A stretch of 63,515 nt of DNA, filler included, from Chiloscyllium plagiosum (lineage: Eukaryota), in the NCBI RefSeq assembly GCF_004010195.1. It is 5 parts of one record of this genome, joined end to end, with 100 filler letters (N's around TTAATTAATTAA, not from the genome) between each part and the next. Parts side by side here need not be neighbours in the genome. Positions count along the whole stretch, not along the records: positions 37,876 to 46,115 come from NC_057717.1; positions 46,216 to 51,402 come from NC_057717.1; positions 51,503 to 63,515 come from NC_057717.1; 2 more parts are not named here. The stretch is one strand, 5' to 3'. Below the pieces are notes generated by a model. It made no database searches, was not told the DNA's origin, and saw nothing but the letters and a program-made list of their open reading frames with translations. Below are positions 39,895 to 51,889 of this stretch, one piece after another. The position numbers were made by a program, and so were the translations under genes. Each line of letters opens with the position of its first letter. The first letter of the stretch is position 1.

Positions 39895-40255
39895 ATCGTA
39901 ATGTTGCTGGCCATGTAATTCAGAGGCACAGGCCATTACACAAAAGGCACTGTTTCACGTACTACCACAGATGACGTCAAAACGTGAATCCAAATGACAG
40001 GAATTGGAAATAAAAGCGAATTTCACTAATATCAACCATAACATCACCAGCACTTTATCAATACGTTTATCTATCTCAATGATCTCCTTTGGTAAATAAA
40101 TCCAGCATTATTACCTGGTCTGGCTTAAGACTGACATCAGACCAACAGCAATGTGCTTGGCTGTATAATGTCTGAAAGAATGACCTCACAGTAAAGGGTA
40201 TTTAGTGAGGTCAACAAATGATGCCCCCTGTCAGTGATCCGGACATCCCATGTAA
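39895..40255 (+). mobile_element. Old SINE (non-HE1 family), decayed
   Basis: GTAATGTTGCTGG...CAGAGG head and TTACCTGGTCTGGC...CAGCAATGTG core; an inverted homologue lies at about 40850-41150. Confidence 0.55.
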
Positions 40256-40849
40256 TAACAACATTAAAGGTTAAATAAAACAAAGAATGATGCTTGAGAT
40301 TGGAAACAAAAAGAAAGTGAAAGTGCCAAAAAAACTGAGCAGATTTGGAAGCCTCGGGTCGGGAGAGAAACAGAGTTGGCATTTTGTGTCCAATGGCCAC
40401 ACATCTGAACGGAACACAGCTGGGAAATAGTGTAGTTGATGTTGGGGACAGTGATATCTGTTGTGAAGGGGAGAAGGACTGTGTTGAAGAGATAGAGAAA
40501 GAAGCAAACAAAGGGATTGTTGATGATCAGCTGGTATGGAAATTAAAAAAAACGAGATTAATCTTATTTATTTTTCTCCTGTTCCCATATTGCTGAAAAT
40601 CCTGACCATGTAAAGTATGCATCAAAGTCACTGTTGAAAGTGAGTTATGTCCTTTTGTCTGTCTTCACTGAGTGTGATAATCAACTTTTATTCAATAATG
40701 GATGCAGAGAGAGTATTTAATTCCCTTTCTTCATTGTCCTTGACAAGGTGTTGACACTGGTCAACATGAACCAGTGTCTGTGAGCTGTGAGTAGTCAGTC
40801 CTTACTTCTGACTGGTTACATTTCTTTGAGAGTTTATAGTGAGTGATAT

Positions 40850-41150
40850 AACTGAGTGGCTGGCTTGGCCATTTCAAACTGGAACTGAGTGTTAACCACA
40901 TTGCTGCGGGTCACACATAGGCCTGACCAGGTAAAGATGGTAGATTTCCTTCCCTGAAGGGAATGACGGTGCCAGGTACGACAATTGACAATGTTTTCAT
41001 TGTTTTATTTGATTCTTAATTCCTGATATTCTATTGAAGTCAAATTCCAATATTTTCTGTGGTGGGTTTCGAATCCGGGATCTGAACAATCACCTGGGTC
41101 CCGGGATTAATATTCCAGAGACAAGACAGCTTGACCATCACGTCCTCAGC
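40850..41150 (-). mobile_element. Old SINE, same family as 39895-40255
   Basis: CACATTGCTG...GACCAGGTAA is the reverse complement of the core of the upstream copy. Confidence 0.55.
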
Positions 41151-42105
41151 ATCTCCAACCATCTCCGCTGGCAATAGTGATGTTGCCGTTGGCGTGGCTT
41201 TAGATTAGATTAGATTAGATTACTTACAGTGTGGAAACATAAGGCTTCATAAGGCAAAAAAATGAATTGACAAAACATACCATCCTTCTCACTTTGTATT
41301 TATGAGAAGGCAAGAAAGTGGGAAGTGCTCTTGGTGAGAAGGAGCTGGATGTCCTTGGTCACCAGTCACTGACAGAATTCATACGGAGCAGTAAGTAATC
41401 AGCACAGTAAATGTGTGGTGTCCTTCATGCAAAGAGATTAAAGTATAAGAGTGAAGACACCTTCCTGCAGTTGTAGAATGTTATTGAGACATTAATTTGG
41501 TCATTGTGAACAGATATACTCTCCGTTATAATGAATGATCTCCTTGCTACAGAGAGACAGTTTAAAGGATTTACATCACACTAATCCCTGCAGTGATGAT
41601 ACCATGAGTAGAGTGTGAAGGAAATGAGTGTTTAATCTATAATGCTACAAAAGAGTAAAAACTGGTTGCATTAAAACTTGAGCTTTATGGACCAACATTC
41701 ATTATTTCCAAAACAAATACAACATGTTTTCCGCGATGCATGTCTTTACATTTGGGCAATATATAGATAGGAAAGGTTTAGAAGTATATGGGCCAGGTGC
41801 AGGGAAGCGGGGTGAGCATGGATGAACATTTTGGTCAACATGAACCAGTTTGGGCTTAAGGGCCTGTCTCCATGCCGTAGCATTCTATGAAACTATGATA
41901 GTTTATGTAGCTCTGTGGAACCCGCATGTTGGTTGCGAGAGAGCTCCAGGTTCTGAATGAACTCTCATCGTCTCAAAGTGCAGTTGATGTGTGCCCCTGT
42001 ATTGAACGTGATGTTATTCACAAATCTGTCAGTAGCCACCCTCTGATACTGTAAACCATCCCCACCAGCTTCTGACCTCCATACAGAACACTATCCTGTC
42101 TTCTC

Positions 42106-44808
42106 CATCACAAAGCTAGTCTTTTTTTTTGTAAAAGGTGTTCCTTGGCTCAAGGAGACAGTGTCCTTGTCTTCTTTCAGAGGGGCAATAAAACAGGACC
42201 TAACTCCGGTCAGTCTGGTTTGGTACATAGATGAAAAGGATTTCCAGAGGCCTTCTGTTTACATATAAACAGAAGAGACTTTAGGCCAAATTGGTTATGC
42301 CTTTGATGGGACCGAGATAACGAAAGAGGAGTGGTCAGCTCTTTCAGCTGAACTAGTGGTGCTGAGCAGTTTTCAGTTGTGTGTTGAGTGGGAAGTTCAA
42401 CAGGGAGCTGCGTGGAAACCCTCTCTCTTTTCTGCTCTTCAACTTCAAACTGCAAGCATGTCTTCCATTTCTACTGGGTTTTAAAGGGAATTTGCTTATT
42501 GGGACTGTTGTGTGTATTCTGAACAGTACAATTAAGTCTAGCTGGTTTGGTTGAATTTTGTCGGGGTTCTTTATTCTGTTCTTTTTGTTTCATTGTATAA
42601 TTTTGTGAATATAAAGGTTTTGTCTGTTTTAAAATCTAGTATACAACCTAGCTATCTTACTCCGGGTAATTTTCATTGAAACTTACCAAAACAAGTTGCA
42701 AAGTTCTTAGCTGTCTGCTTAAGAATGTTTTAAGTGGTCTAGTCGACTCCATAACATATTGGGGGCTCTTTGCGGTATTTTAAACAGCGAGTGGTAGGTG
42801 CTAGTGTCTTTATTTCGGGTATTGGTTTCGTTGAGAAGACAAAGCTTGGGATAGTAATTGGTTCTTTCACTCGCCAAAAGTTTTCTGGATGTGGGCGCAG
42901 TGACTTTGGAAGTTTTACAATAGGTGAATGAGACAAAGTTGCAAGAATTAGCAGCGAAGCTGAAATTGGAACTGACTGCTTGTGTGAGGAAAGGAGAGAT
43001 AATCAATTACACTTGCTGAAGAATCTACAGAGCTAGCAAGAATTCAATTGCAAATGAAGCAGCATGAGTTAGCGGCGAGGGATAAGGAAAGGACAGCAGA
43101 AATGAAACAGTTTGAATTACGGTTAAAAGCAGAAGAGGGGGGACAAAGAGACAGCAGCAGAACAAAGAAAAAAGAGACCAGCAGAAGAGAGACAAAAAGA
43201 GAGAGCATCAGAAGAGAAAGAAAGACAGAGCTTTTGGACAGCAAAAAAAAACTAACACTTAAATGGAAAGTCAGCGTAAAAGGCTGGAGTTAAAGGCTGA
43301 GATACTTAGTTAATAAGAGAGTGAGGATGAGCAAGACACTGGTAGTCAGAAGCCTAGTGAGAAGCTGTTTAAGTATGTTCAAGCAGTGCTAAATCTGAAG
43401 AGAAAGATGTGGAAGTCTTTTTCAAATCATTTGACAAGGTGGCTAAACAAATGCAGTGGCCAGAGTCAATGTGGGTTTAATGATCTAAACGAAACTTGAA
43501 GGTAGAGCTAGTGAGGTATTTGCATCTCGATCAGAGGAGGTATCTGGGGAGTATAAGGAGGTGAAAAAAGGCCATTTTAACTGAGCTTGTACCAAAAGGT
43601 TATAGGCAACCTTTCAGGAATATAAGGAGGGTTCCTGGTAAAGCCTAGGTTGAGTTTGAATGGATCAAACAGAGTAATTTCGAGAGATGGATAAGAGCTT
43701 TAAAAATCAAGCAAACCTATGATGCCCTTAGAGAGGAAAGCATTTTGGATGATTTCAAAAATTCACTGTCTGAAGTAATGCGAACTCCTGTGGAAGAGCT
43801 AAGAGTGATAACATCAAGGTTCGCTTGGCTTCCAGACTCGATTTCAGTCCAAGATGAATACAAATTGGAGCAAAGAGATATCCTCACGTGGAAAGGGAAA
43901 AGTAGATCACAGTGAAGATCATTAGGATAATTTACCACAGGGTCAAAAAAGAAACCCTTGATGGGGACAAAGCAGTTCAAAGGCTCCGGTGTTTTCATTG
44001 TAATAAAGTGGATGACACAAAATCACAGTGTTGGTGGGCTAGGAGAAAACAAGATGTAGGAAAACCAGCCAAGCCTGGGAGTTTTGTTGGAAAGTCACAA
44101 AAAACATAAGGGAAGTTAGACAACTGCCTCAGAGTGTACAGGATGATGAGAAGTTGATCAAGGAAAACGTGCCAGATCTGCTTAACAAATATACATGCAA
44201 GGGTAAAGTTTATTCACATAGGCCAGGAGTATTTGGTAAGGAGGTTCTAATGTTAAGGGGCACAGGATCTTCTCAGTGTGTAATGCTGAGGAAGGAGGAG
44301 ATATGCACTCCTGAGGGACTATTGCCAGAAAATGTAAACAGAGGAGACTTCAGGCCAAAGTGGTCGTGCTTTATAAGTGACCTGTATAATGAACGAGGGA
44401 GTGGTGAGCTCTTTTAGCTGAATTAGCTGAGCTGAACTGAGCAGTTTTCAGCTGAGTCTGGAACTGGGAAGTTCAACAGGGAACTATGTGGAAACTGTTT
44501 CTATTTTCTGTCCTTCAAGCCTGGAAGCATGTGTTCCATTTATACTGTTTTTTGGGGAGTTTGCTTATTGGGACAGTTGTGTATATTCGGAATAGCATAA
44601 TTAAGTCTAGCTGAATAGGTTGAATTCTGTTTGTGTTTCATTGTGTAATTTTCTAAATAAAGTTTTTGTCTGTTTTAAAATCTGGTAGTCAACCTAGTTA
44701 AAGTACTCTGGGTAATTTTCATTGTACACTTACCGGCACAAATTTCAATGTTATGCTCTGGGCTGCCTGCTTAAGAATGCTCTGAGTGGTCTAGCCTAGT
44801 CCATAATA
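42106..44808 (+). mobile_element. Internally deleted Gypsy (Gmr1-like) LTR retrotransposon
   Basis: 5' LTR about 42106-42756; tRNA-Pro-like PBS TGGGGGCTC at 42760; gag and protease start; 5'-truncated 3' LTR about 44345-44808; TCTC duplicated at 42102-42105 and 44809-44812. Confidence 0.85.
42870..44340 (+). pseudogene. Degenerate gag-protease: coiled coil, SCAN-like capsid, CCHC knuckle remnant, aspartyl protease motif
   Basis: FRNIRRVPGKA*VEF...NFERWIRAL...YDALREESILDDFKNSL; CFHCNKVDDTKSQC; LRGTGSSQ (for LRDTG). Confidence 0.8.
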
Positions 44809-45169
44809 TCTCGAAGATGGAAGATGCCTCCTTGGGACTTGGTACAAACCAATCACTTTCCCTCCTCATGGTCAGCATATCATGTTAACATAACACAACA
44901 GCAATGGAGCCAAAAGGAAAAACATGGAGCAGTCTGTCTTTGCAGTCTATGCCTCATTGGTTTGACGTGTTGCAGGATCAACGACATCCTCGTATTTCAG
45001 TGTACAGTGAGGAGGGACTGAATGGCCTCATCTGCTCACGAGTCAGTGTCTCTAGGGACTAACTGTCTTACTCCTGGCCCGAGAGCAGAGGTTCAAGAAC
45101 TTCAATGGGCAACCCATGGTTGCTGCCTACCAGCATTTTGTGCTGACTCGACTCTATCTTCCTGAGTTA

Positions 45170-46115
45170 TAGGAGACAAACAGGAGGCGGGAAGCACACA
45201 GCACGCCAAGCAGCATCATGAGGTATGAAAGTCAAAATTTAAGGTATAACAATTCTTCAGGACTGGGAGTGGGAGGTAGTGGGAGCTGCAGATATCGAGG
45301 GAAGGGAGTGGTTGGCTTGGGGAGAGCAGCGGGATGGTGAGGTACGGATACGTGGACACAAGTGGTGGATGCAACCTGGTTGGGCGATGGGAGGGATGAA
45401 TCCACTTGGGAGCTGGAAGGCGGAGTCGTGAGGTGGAATGGAAGGGAGGAGTATGGGCAGAAAATGGAGTAAGGGTATGGGTAGTAAGGTTATTTCAAAT
45501 TGGAGAATTCAATGTTACATCTTCCAGGTGGTAGGCTTGCCAGGCAGATGAGCTGTTGTACCTCCATTTTGCGGTCTGCCTCACCAAGGCAACAGAGAAG
45601 GCCAGGGGTGGTTATGTCGGAAAGGGAGTGGGAAGGGGAATTCAAATGGGCGGTGACTGGGACGTCAGGTTGGCCCCTGCAGGCCCGGCTGTTATGCTCG
45701 GTGAAATGTGCCCTTAGTTTATGTTCGGTCTCCCCAGTGTAGCAAAGACTATATCGGGGGCATCTGATGCAGTAAACTCGGTTGGCAGAGAGGCAGGTGA
45801 ACCTCTATCTGACCTGCAAGTACTGATTGAAGCCCTATAAGGAGGTGGAGGAGGTGGCGTGCCAGCAAGTGATGCATCTTTTGCGGTTGCAGGAGAAGGT
45901 ACCTGGGGATTATGGGGTAGATTGGTGGGGAGTGTGGCACGATAACGAAGGGGACAGTCTTGTGGGAGATGTGCCAGGTGGTGGGATCCAAACCTAGTTT
46001 ACTGCATGTGCACCCGATGTGGTCTTCACTGTATCAGGAAGACCAAATGTAAATGAAGTGAATGATTTGCTGAGTATTGCAGTCAGGCTTCTAAGGGCTG
46101 ACCTGACCTCCCAAT
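45170..46115. mobile_element. Old Penelope-like element with inverted segments
   Basis: Minus-strand GIY-YIG and pseudo-LTR (about 45170-45900) abutting a plus-strand GIY-YIG piece. Confidence 0.7.
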
Positions 46116-46215
46116 NNNNNNNNNNNNNNNNNNNNNNNNNNNNNNNNNNNNNNNNNNNNTTAATTAATTAANNNNNNNNNNNNNNNNNNNNNNNNNNNNN
46201 NNNNNNNNNNNNNNN
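46116..46215. other. Artificial contig spacer
   Basis: N44-TTAATTAATTAA-N44. Confidence 0.97.
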
Positions 46216-46733
46216 GCAGCGGCAGTTGGCTATGAAGAGGTCGAGGGCAGGTAGGAGGTCAGCACGGGGTGTCCAGATGGGGGCGGGGACGGAGGTCAGC
46301 GCGGGGGCGGGGTTGGACGTGGTGATGGCGATCGGCGAAGGGGCGGGGTTAGACGTGGTGACGGATGTAGGCGTGGGGGCGGGGTTAGGCATGCAGTCGG
46401 AGATCGGCGAAGGGGCCATCGAAATCCATCGAACTCAGCACCGCCTTCCTAACCTGCAATCTTCTTCCTGACCTCTCCGCCCCCACCCCAGTCTGACCTA
46501 CCACCCTCACCTTGACCTCTTTCCACCTATCACATTTCTGACGCCCCTCCCCCAAGTCCCTCCTCCCTACCTTTTATCTTAGCCTGCTGGACAAACTTTC
46601 CTCATTCCTGAAGAAGGGCTTATCCCCGAAACGTCGATTCTCCTGTTCCCTGGATGCTGCCTGACCTGCTGCACTTTTCCAGCAACACATTTTCAGCTCT
46701 GATCTCCAGCATCTTCAGACCTCACTTTCTCCT
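46216..46733. mobile_element. Young Penelope-like element end: minus-strand ORF piece plus an inverted pseudo-LTR
   Basis: WTPRADLLPALDLFIANCR on the minus strand; well-preserved pseudo-LTR at 46430-46733. Confidence 0.8.
46604..46639 (+). ncRNA. Minimal type I hammerhead ribozyme-like motif in a Penelope pseudo-LTR
   Basis: ATTC-CTGAAGA-A-GGG(CTTATC)CCC-GAAAC-GTC-GATT: CUGANGA and GAAA core boxes, stem II, GUC triplet and a palindromic ACGU. Confidence 0.6.
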
Positions 46734-48150
46734 CAGGTGGTAGGCTTGCCAGGTAGATGAGCTGTTGTTCCTCCAGTTTGCGGTCTGCCTCACCAAGGCA
46801 AAAGAGAAGGCCAGGGGTGGTTATGTCGGAAAGGGAGTGGGAAGGGGAATTCAAATGGGCGGTGACTGGGACGTCAGGTTGGCCCCTGCAGGCCCGGCTG
46901 TTATGCTCGGTGAAATGTGCCCTTAGTTTATGTTCGGTCTCCCCAATGTAGAAAAGACTACATCGGGGGCATCTGATGCAGGAAACTCGGTTGGAAGAGA
47001 GGCAGGTGAACCTCTATCTGACCTGCAAGTACTGATTGAACCCCATTTGGAAGTGGAGGAAGTGGCGTGCCAGCAAATGATGCATCTTTTGCGGTTGCAG
47101 GAGAAGGTACCTGGGGATTATGGAATAGATTGGTGGGGAGTGTGGCACAATAACGAAGGGGACAGTCTTGTGGGAGATGTGCCAGGTGGTGGGATCCAAA
47201 CCTAGTTTACTGCATCTGGTGCACCTGATGTAGTTTTCACTGTATCAGGAAGACCAAATGTAAATGAAGTGAATGATTTGCTGAGTTTTGCAGTCAGGCT
47301 TCTAAGGGCTGACCTGACCTCCCAATCGCTTCGTACTTCAATTCTCCCCCCCCCCCTCCAATCCCTTTCTGACATGGCCATCCTTGGCCTCCTCCATTAC
47401 CACAATGAACCAAACCATAAATTGAAGGAACAATTCCTCATATGTCACCTGTGCAGCCTACATCCCGGGGACTCAACATTGATTAGATTAGATTACTTAC
47501 AGTGTGGAAACAGGCCCTTCAGCCCAACAAGTCCACACCAACCCGCCGAAGCGTAACCCACCCAAACCCATTCCCCTACATTTATCCCTTCATCTAACAC
47601 TACGGGCAATTGAGCATGGCCACTTCACCTAACCTGCACATTTTTGGATTGTGGGAGGAAACCGGAGCACGCCCACACAGAAACGGGGAGAATGTGCAAA
47701 CTCCACACAGAGAGTCGCTTGAGGCGGGAATTGAACCCGAGTCTCTATCGCTGTGAGGCAGCTGTACTAACCACTGTGCCACCGTGCCGCCCACATTGAA
47801 TTGAAATCTCCAATTTCAAATAACCTCCCTTCTAATCCTACGTATCACTTCCCAAGGCCTTTCCCTCCTTGCCTTCCTCTGATCAATACTTGATTCAGCT
47901 ACCAACTGAATTCAGTCCTCCCATCACCAACCGGCTGATACCCTTTATCTGTGTTCACTTATGCCCATCTCGCCACTCTGTCTCCTCCTCCCTCACCCGC
48001 CCTTTATTCTATAGACCCCCTTACCCCTAACCACAATCCTGATGAAGCGTTATATCCTAGGCGTTGACTGCTCAACGACTTGATGCTGCCTCGCTTATTC
48101 TGTTCTTCCAGCCTCCTGCGTGTATATTTTGGATTCCAATTGCTGCTGTA
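46734..48150. mobile_element. Old Penelope-like element, near-identical to 45525-46115 over its first 590 bp, continuing to a plus-strand pseudo-LTR
   Basis: DMAILGLLH...KLKEQFLICHLCSLHP; decayed CTGATGA core near 48039. Confidence 0.75.
47483..47792 (-). mobile_element. Young HE1-like SINE with (TTAGA)n tail
   Basis: Full head GGGCGGCACGGTGGCACAGTGGTTAG; ACATTGA duplicated at 47476-47482 and 47793-47799. Confidence 0.9.
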
Positions 48151-48339
48151 TTTTTTTAATTGTCTTCTTGTGGAATAGGCAGGAGAGAAGGAATGCGTTG
48201 CACCTGTTTTTATCCAATAGTTTTTGATGGGCTGAATGGCTTTCTTATATTACTGTGAAACCAGCTAGAGTTGTTGAAGGGATTCCTTCTTTTTAACCGT
48301 GGAAATGTTTAGTGCCCAGCAGTGCTTTTGATTAATGTT

Positions 48340-48745
48340 ACCTATACATTAACAGCACAAGCTTGAATGTTGTCCAGATTTGATACTTTAATACCCGAGA
48401 AGGTGACTCATTCTTCTGAACATTATATACTCTTCACAGAACATCCCCACCTCTGATCGTATGACAGAGAGAAAGACATTGATGAAGCATCTGAAGATGT
48501 TTGTGCCGAAGAAGCTACCCTGCGATTGTCCACAGAGATATCCAGGGACTGAGAGGATTGATGTCCACCAGCCACATTGTGTTCTGAATGATCCAACCAG
48601 TGGGGAGTTTACAACTGATTTCCATCAAGTTCAATTTTGTTCAGTCTCCTTGACACCTTGCTCAATTAATTACTGCCATGATATCAGGGCCAATCACTCT
48701 GACGGTGTGTTCACATCTTTTGTTCATGTCAATTGGCCAAGGTAT
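48340..48745 (-). mobile_element. Non-LTR RT fragment (family of 55920-57620)
   Basis: Decayed nucleotide similarity to 55940-56070 and RT core-like remnants. Confidence 0.55.
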
Positions 48746-48749
48746 ATGT

Positions 48750-49400
48750 GTGGGGAGTGTTTCCTTCTCTCAGAGGATAGTGACGGTTGGGACCAGACAG
48801 TTAGGACCACCCCCTGCCAATCTATTTTAAACACTCCCTTGTTACACGAGTAAAACTGGCCGCCAAGATATTGGAGTCCCCTCCAGTGCAAGTCTCTGAT
48901 GGTAACCTCCCTCTCAGGAGGTTACCACTGTCAAGGTTTTTTTTAAATGTTTCTCCTAGCTCTCTGTAATCACGCTGCAGGACCTCGTCCCTATTTCTAC
49001 GGGTATCATTTGTGCTAACGTGCATAATGATGTCTGGCTGCTCCCCCTCCCCCTTGAGAATGTTCTGCAGCCACTTGGAGTCATACTGGACCCTAGCACC
49101 TGGGAGGTAACCCACGATCCTGGATTCCCATTTGTGACCACAGAATCTCCGATCTGTCCCTCTAACAATCGACCCTCCTATCTTTAACGTCCTGTTTACT
49201 TTTATTCTTTCCCATTGTGCCTCAGAGCCAGTGGTAGTACCACCAACCTGTCTACTGCTGCTTTCCCCTGAACAGTCATCGCCCCCAACAATCCAAAATG
49301 GTCTACTTGTTTTCGAGAGGAATGGCCACAGGGGATTCCTGCACTCCCTGTCTACTCACTTTGCTATTCCTGGTGGTCGCCCATCTACTCTCTGCCTGGA
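48750..49400 (-). mobile_element. CR1 ORF1 SGNH/GDSL esterase fragment
   Basis: LPGARV...LQNILKGEGEQPDIIMHVSTND. Confidence 0.85.
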
Positions 49401-49617
49401 ACACGACAGGAAGCAAGGAACGCCTGTTGGATTAAATTGTGTTTATTTAAATACTACAGGACTGACAGGTAAGGCTAATGAACTCAGGGCGATGAACGTT
49501 AGACTGGAATATTACAGTCATTAAAGAAACATAACTAGGGGCGTGTCTTGGGTGTGGCCACCACATTAAAGCACTTATCTATGAAGTTCTCAGTATCTCG
49601 GATGACCCTGCATGCAT

Positions 49618-49900
49618 CCTAGATTAGATTACCTACAGTATGGAAACAGGCCCTTCGGCCCAACAAGTCCGCACCGACCCACTGAAGAGCAGCCCACCCA
49701 GAGCCGCTCCCCTACACCCAAAGCTATGAGCAGTTTAGCATGACCAATTCACCTAACCTGCACATCTTTGGACTGTGAGAGGAAACCCACACAGACACGG
49801 GGAGTATGTGAAAACTCCACACATACCGAGGCAGGTTTTGGACCCTGGTCCCTGGTGCTGTGAGGCAGCAGTGCTAACCACTGAGCGACCGTGCCACCCA
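49618..49900 (-). mobile_element. HE1-like SINE
   Basis: Same head and tail as 47483-47792. Confidence 0.88.
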
Positions 49901-50289
49901 GCTCCAGCTCCCTAACACAGTATCTCTTTAAAGTACGGAGGACGCCATTGGCCATTAGGTATAAATCAGCTCCAAAAATGTCCCGCAAACACCTCCCATT
50001 TGCTAGCCCTCTTTCTATTGCCTGTTAAATCCATAATTTCCAAATATATATCCAGTTCTCTTTTGAATCTTTATCCACAACTTTCCCAGCCGGTCAATTC
50101 CAATTCGTAACAACTCTCTAAATAAGACATTTTTCCTCAGTTCACTCCTAGCTCTTTTGCTGACAACCTTGAAATTAGAATTCCTTGATGCTGTAATTCC
50201 AACTAATAGAGTAGTCTTTTTCTACTCTGCAACTTTTTTCATACTTTTGAGCACCGCAATAAACTCACATCTTTGTCTGTTCTGCTCCA

Positions 50290-50680
50290 GGAACAAGAAG
50301 CCTTGCAAGAACTGTAACAAACACTACAACGGAAAAACAAGCAGAAAACTAGTCACCAGGATGTATGAACATCAACTAGCTACAAAAGACATGATCCCAA
50401 CACTAATTTCTTATGTACTGATGAGGAAGTACGCCACTTTGACTAGATCTGCATATCCATCCTAGGACAGGCCAAACAGAGACAAGCACAACAATTCCTA
50501 GAAACATGGCATTTCGGAACTCCATCAACAAATACATCAATTTTGACTCCATTTACCACCCTCTGAGAAAAAAGGGCCTAAAATGACATAATCGACACAG
50601 GAAATTACAATACCAACCCAAGGAAACCGAAACACTTGAATAGAAAGTGGAAGATAACACCAGCACTTCACTGGAGGCTC
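50290..50680 (+). mobile_element. Penelope-like GIY-YIG fragment (second family)
   Basis: PCKNCNKHYNGKTSRKLVTRMYEHQLATK fits the C..C...YIG.T.R.L..R..EH motif. Confidence 0.8.
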
Positions 50681-50894
50681 ACGTACTGAGTACAGTCAAT
50701 GGAACAAACCAGGAACTGCCATTACCTATTGCTTCAGAATATATCAGAGTGCTCATGGCTGCCACCACATGGAATCATTGAATGAAAATGCGAGCCTGCA
50801 CCACCAAGTGCATATCCAAAGGCTTTTTTGAAAGTTTATGAGATTACCTGCTCAATCACCCACCTAGGCAATGCATTCCAGACACATGTCACCA

Positions 50895-51240
50895 GGGGCA
50901 GAATGGCGGATCAGTGGTTAGCAATCCTGCCTTAGAGCGCTGGGGACCCAGGTTTGATTCCAGTCTTGGGTGACTTCCTGTATGGATTTTGCGCATTCTC
51001 CCTGTGTCTGCGCAGTTTCCTCGAGGCAATCCAGTTTCCTCCCACAATACGATGATGTGCAGCTTAGGTGAATTGGCCATGCTTAATTGCCCACAGTCTT
51101 CAGGGATGTGTAGGTTAGGTGCATTAGTCAGGGGTAAATATAGGAGGAACGTGTTTGTGTGGGTTACTCTTTGGAGGGTTAGTGTGTATTGGTTGGGTAA
51201 AAGAGCCTATTTCTGCACAGTAGTGATTTTATATTCTATG
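50895..51240 (+). mobile_element. HE1-like SINE
   Basis: tRNA-like head, core and ATTCTATG tail. Confidence 0.85.
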
Positions 51241-51402
51241 TCTCTGCCACCCTCTCAGTTCAAAACAGACTCACAAATCCTCTCTGAATCCTCTGCCTTT
51301 CACTTTAAGTATGTATCCCTTTGTTTTTGACCCTTCGAGTAAGGGAAACAGCTGCTGTCTGTTCATCCTCTCCATTCCCCTTATGCTCTTGTACACCTGT
51401 AC

Positions 51403-51502
51403 NNNNNNNNNNNNNNNNNNNNNNNNNNNNNNNNNNNNNNNNNNNNTTAATTAATTAANNNNNNNNNNNNNNNNNNNNNNNNNNNNNNNNNNNNNNNNNN
51501 NN
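51403..51502. other. Artificial contig spacer
   Basis: N44-TTAATTAATTAA-N44. Confidence 0.97.
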
Positions 51503-51889
51503 CCTCCACTGCTCATAAACAAAGTGATTCCCTGTACTGAGATACACGTGACAATAAATCAAACCAATCAATCCTGGGTAAAGTATGGAATTTCTCTTCC
51601 TGTCAATGTCTGTTTTGGAAATAAGAGATCGCTGCCACTCCTCGTGTTTCAGCATCACCATTTCTTCGTCTCTTACAGCTCTACAGATTAAACACTCAGT
51701 TTATTCACTCTATCCTCATGTTACCATCACCAGTGTCTGTGGTAAGGGAATCATTCCTTACAAAGGAGATCAAATCTGTACAGAGTGCCCCAAATGCTCT
51801 CTCAGCCAGGCTCTACAACAGCCGGAAGATGGCTTTACTTATGTACTCGAATCATCTTACAATGAAAGGACAGCATACCATTGACTGCA

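Noticed and set aside
41200..41240. Telomere-like (TTAGA)n repeat
   Set aside because: Identical to the tail of the SINE at 47483; an extremely truncated SINE/LINE tail, not TTAGGG.
46226..46471. Gly/Ala-rich or Pro/Thr-rich repeat protein
   Set aside because: A short low-complexity repeat within a Penelope ORF fragment at a contig edge.
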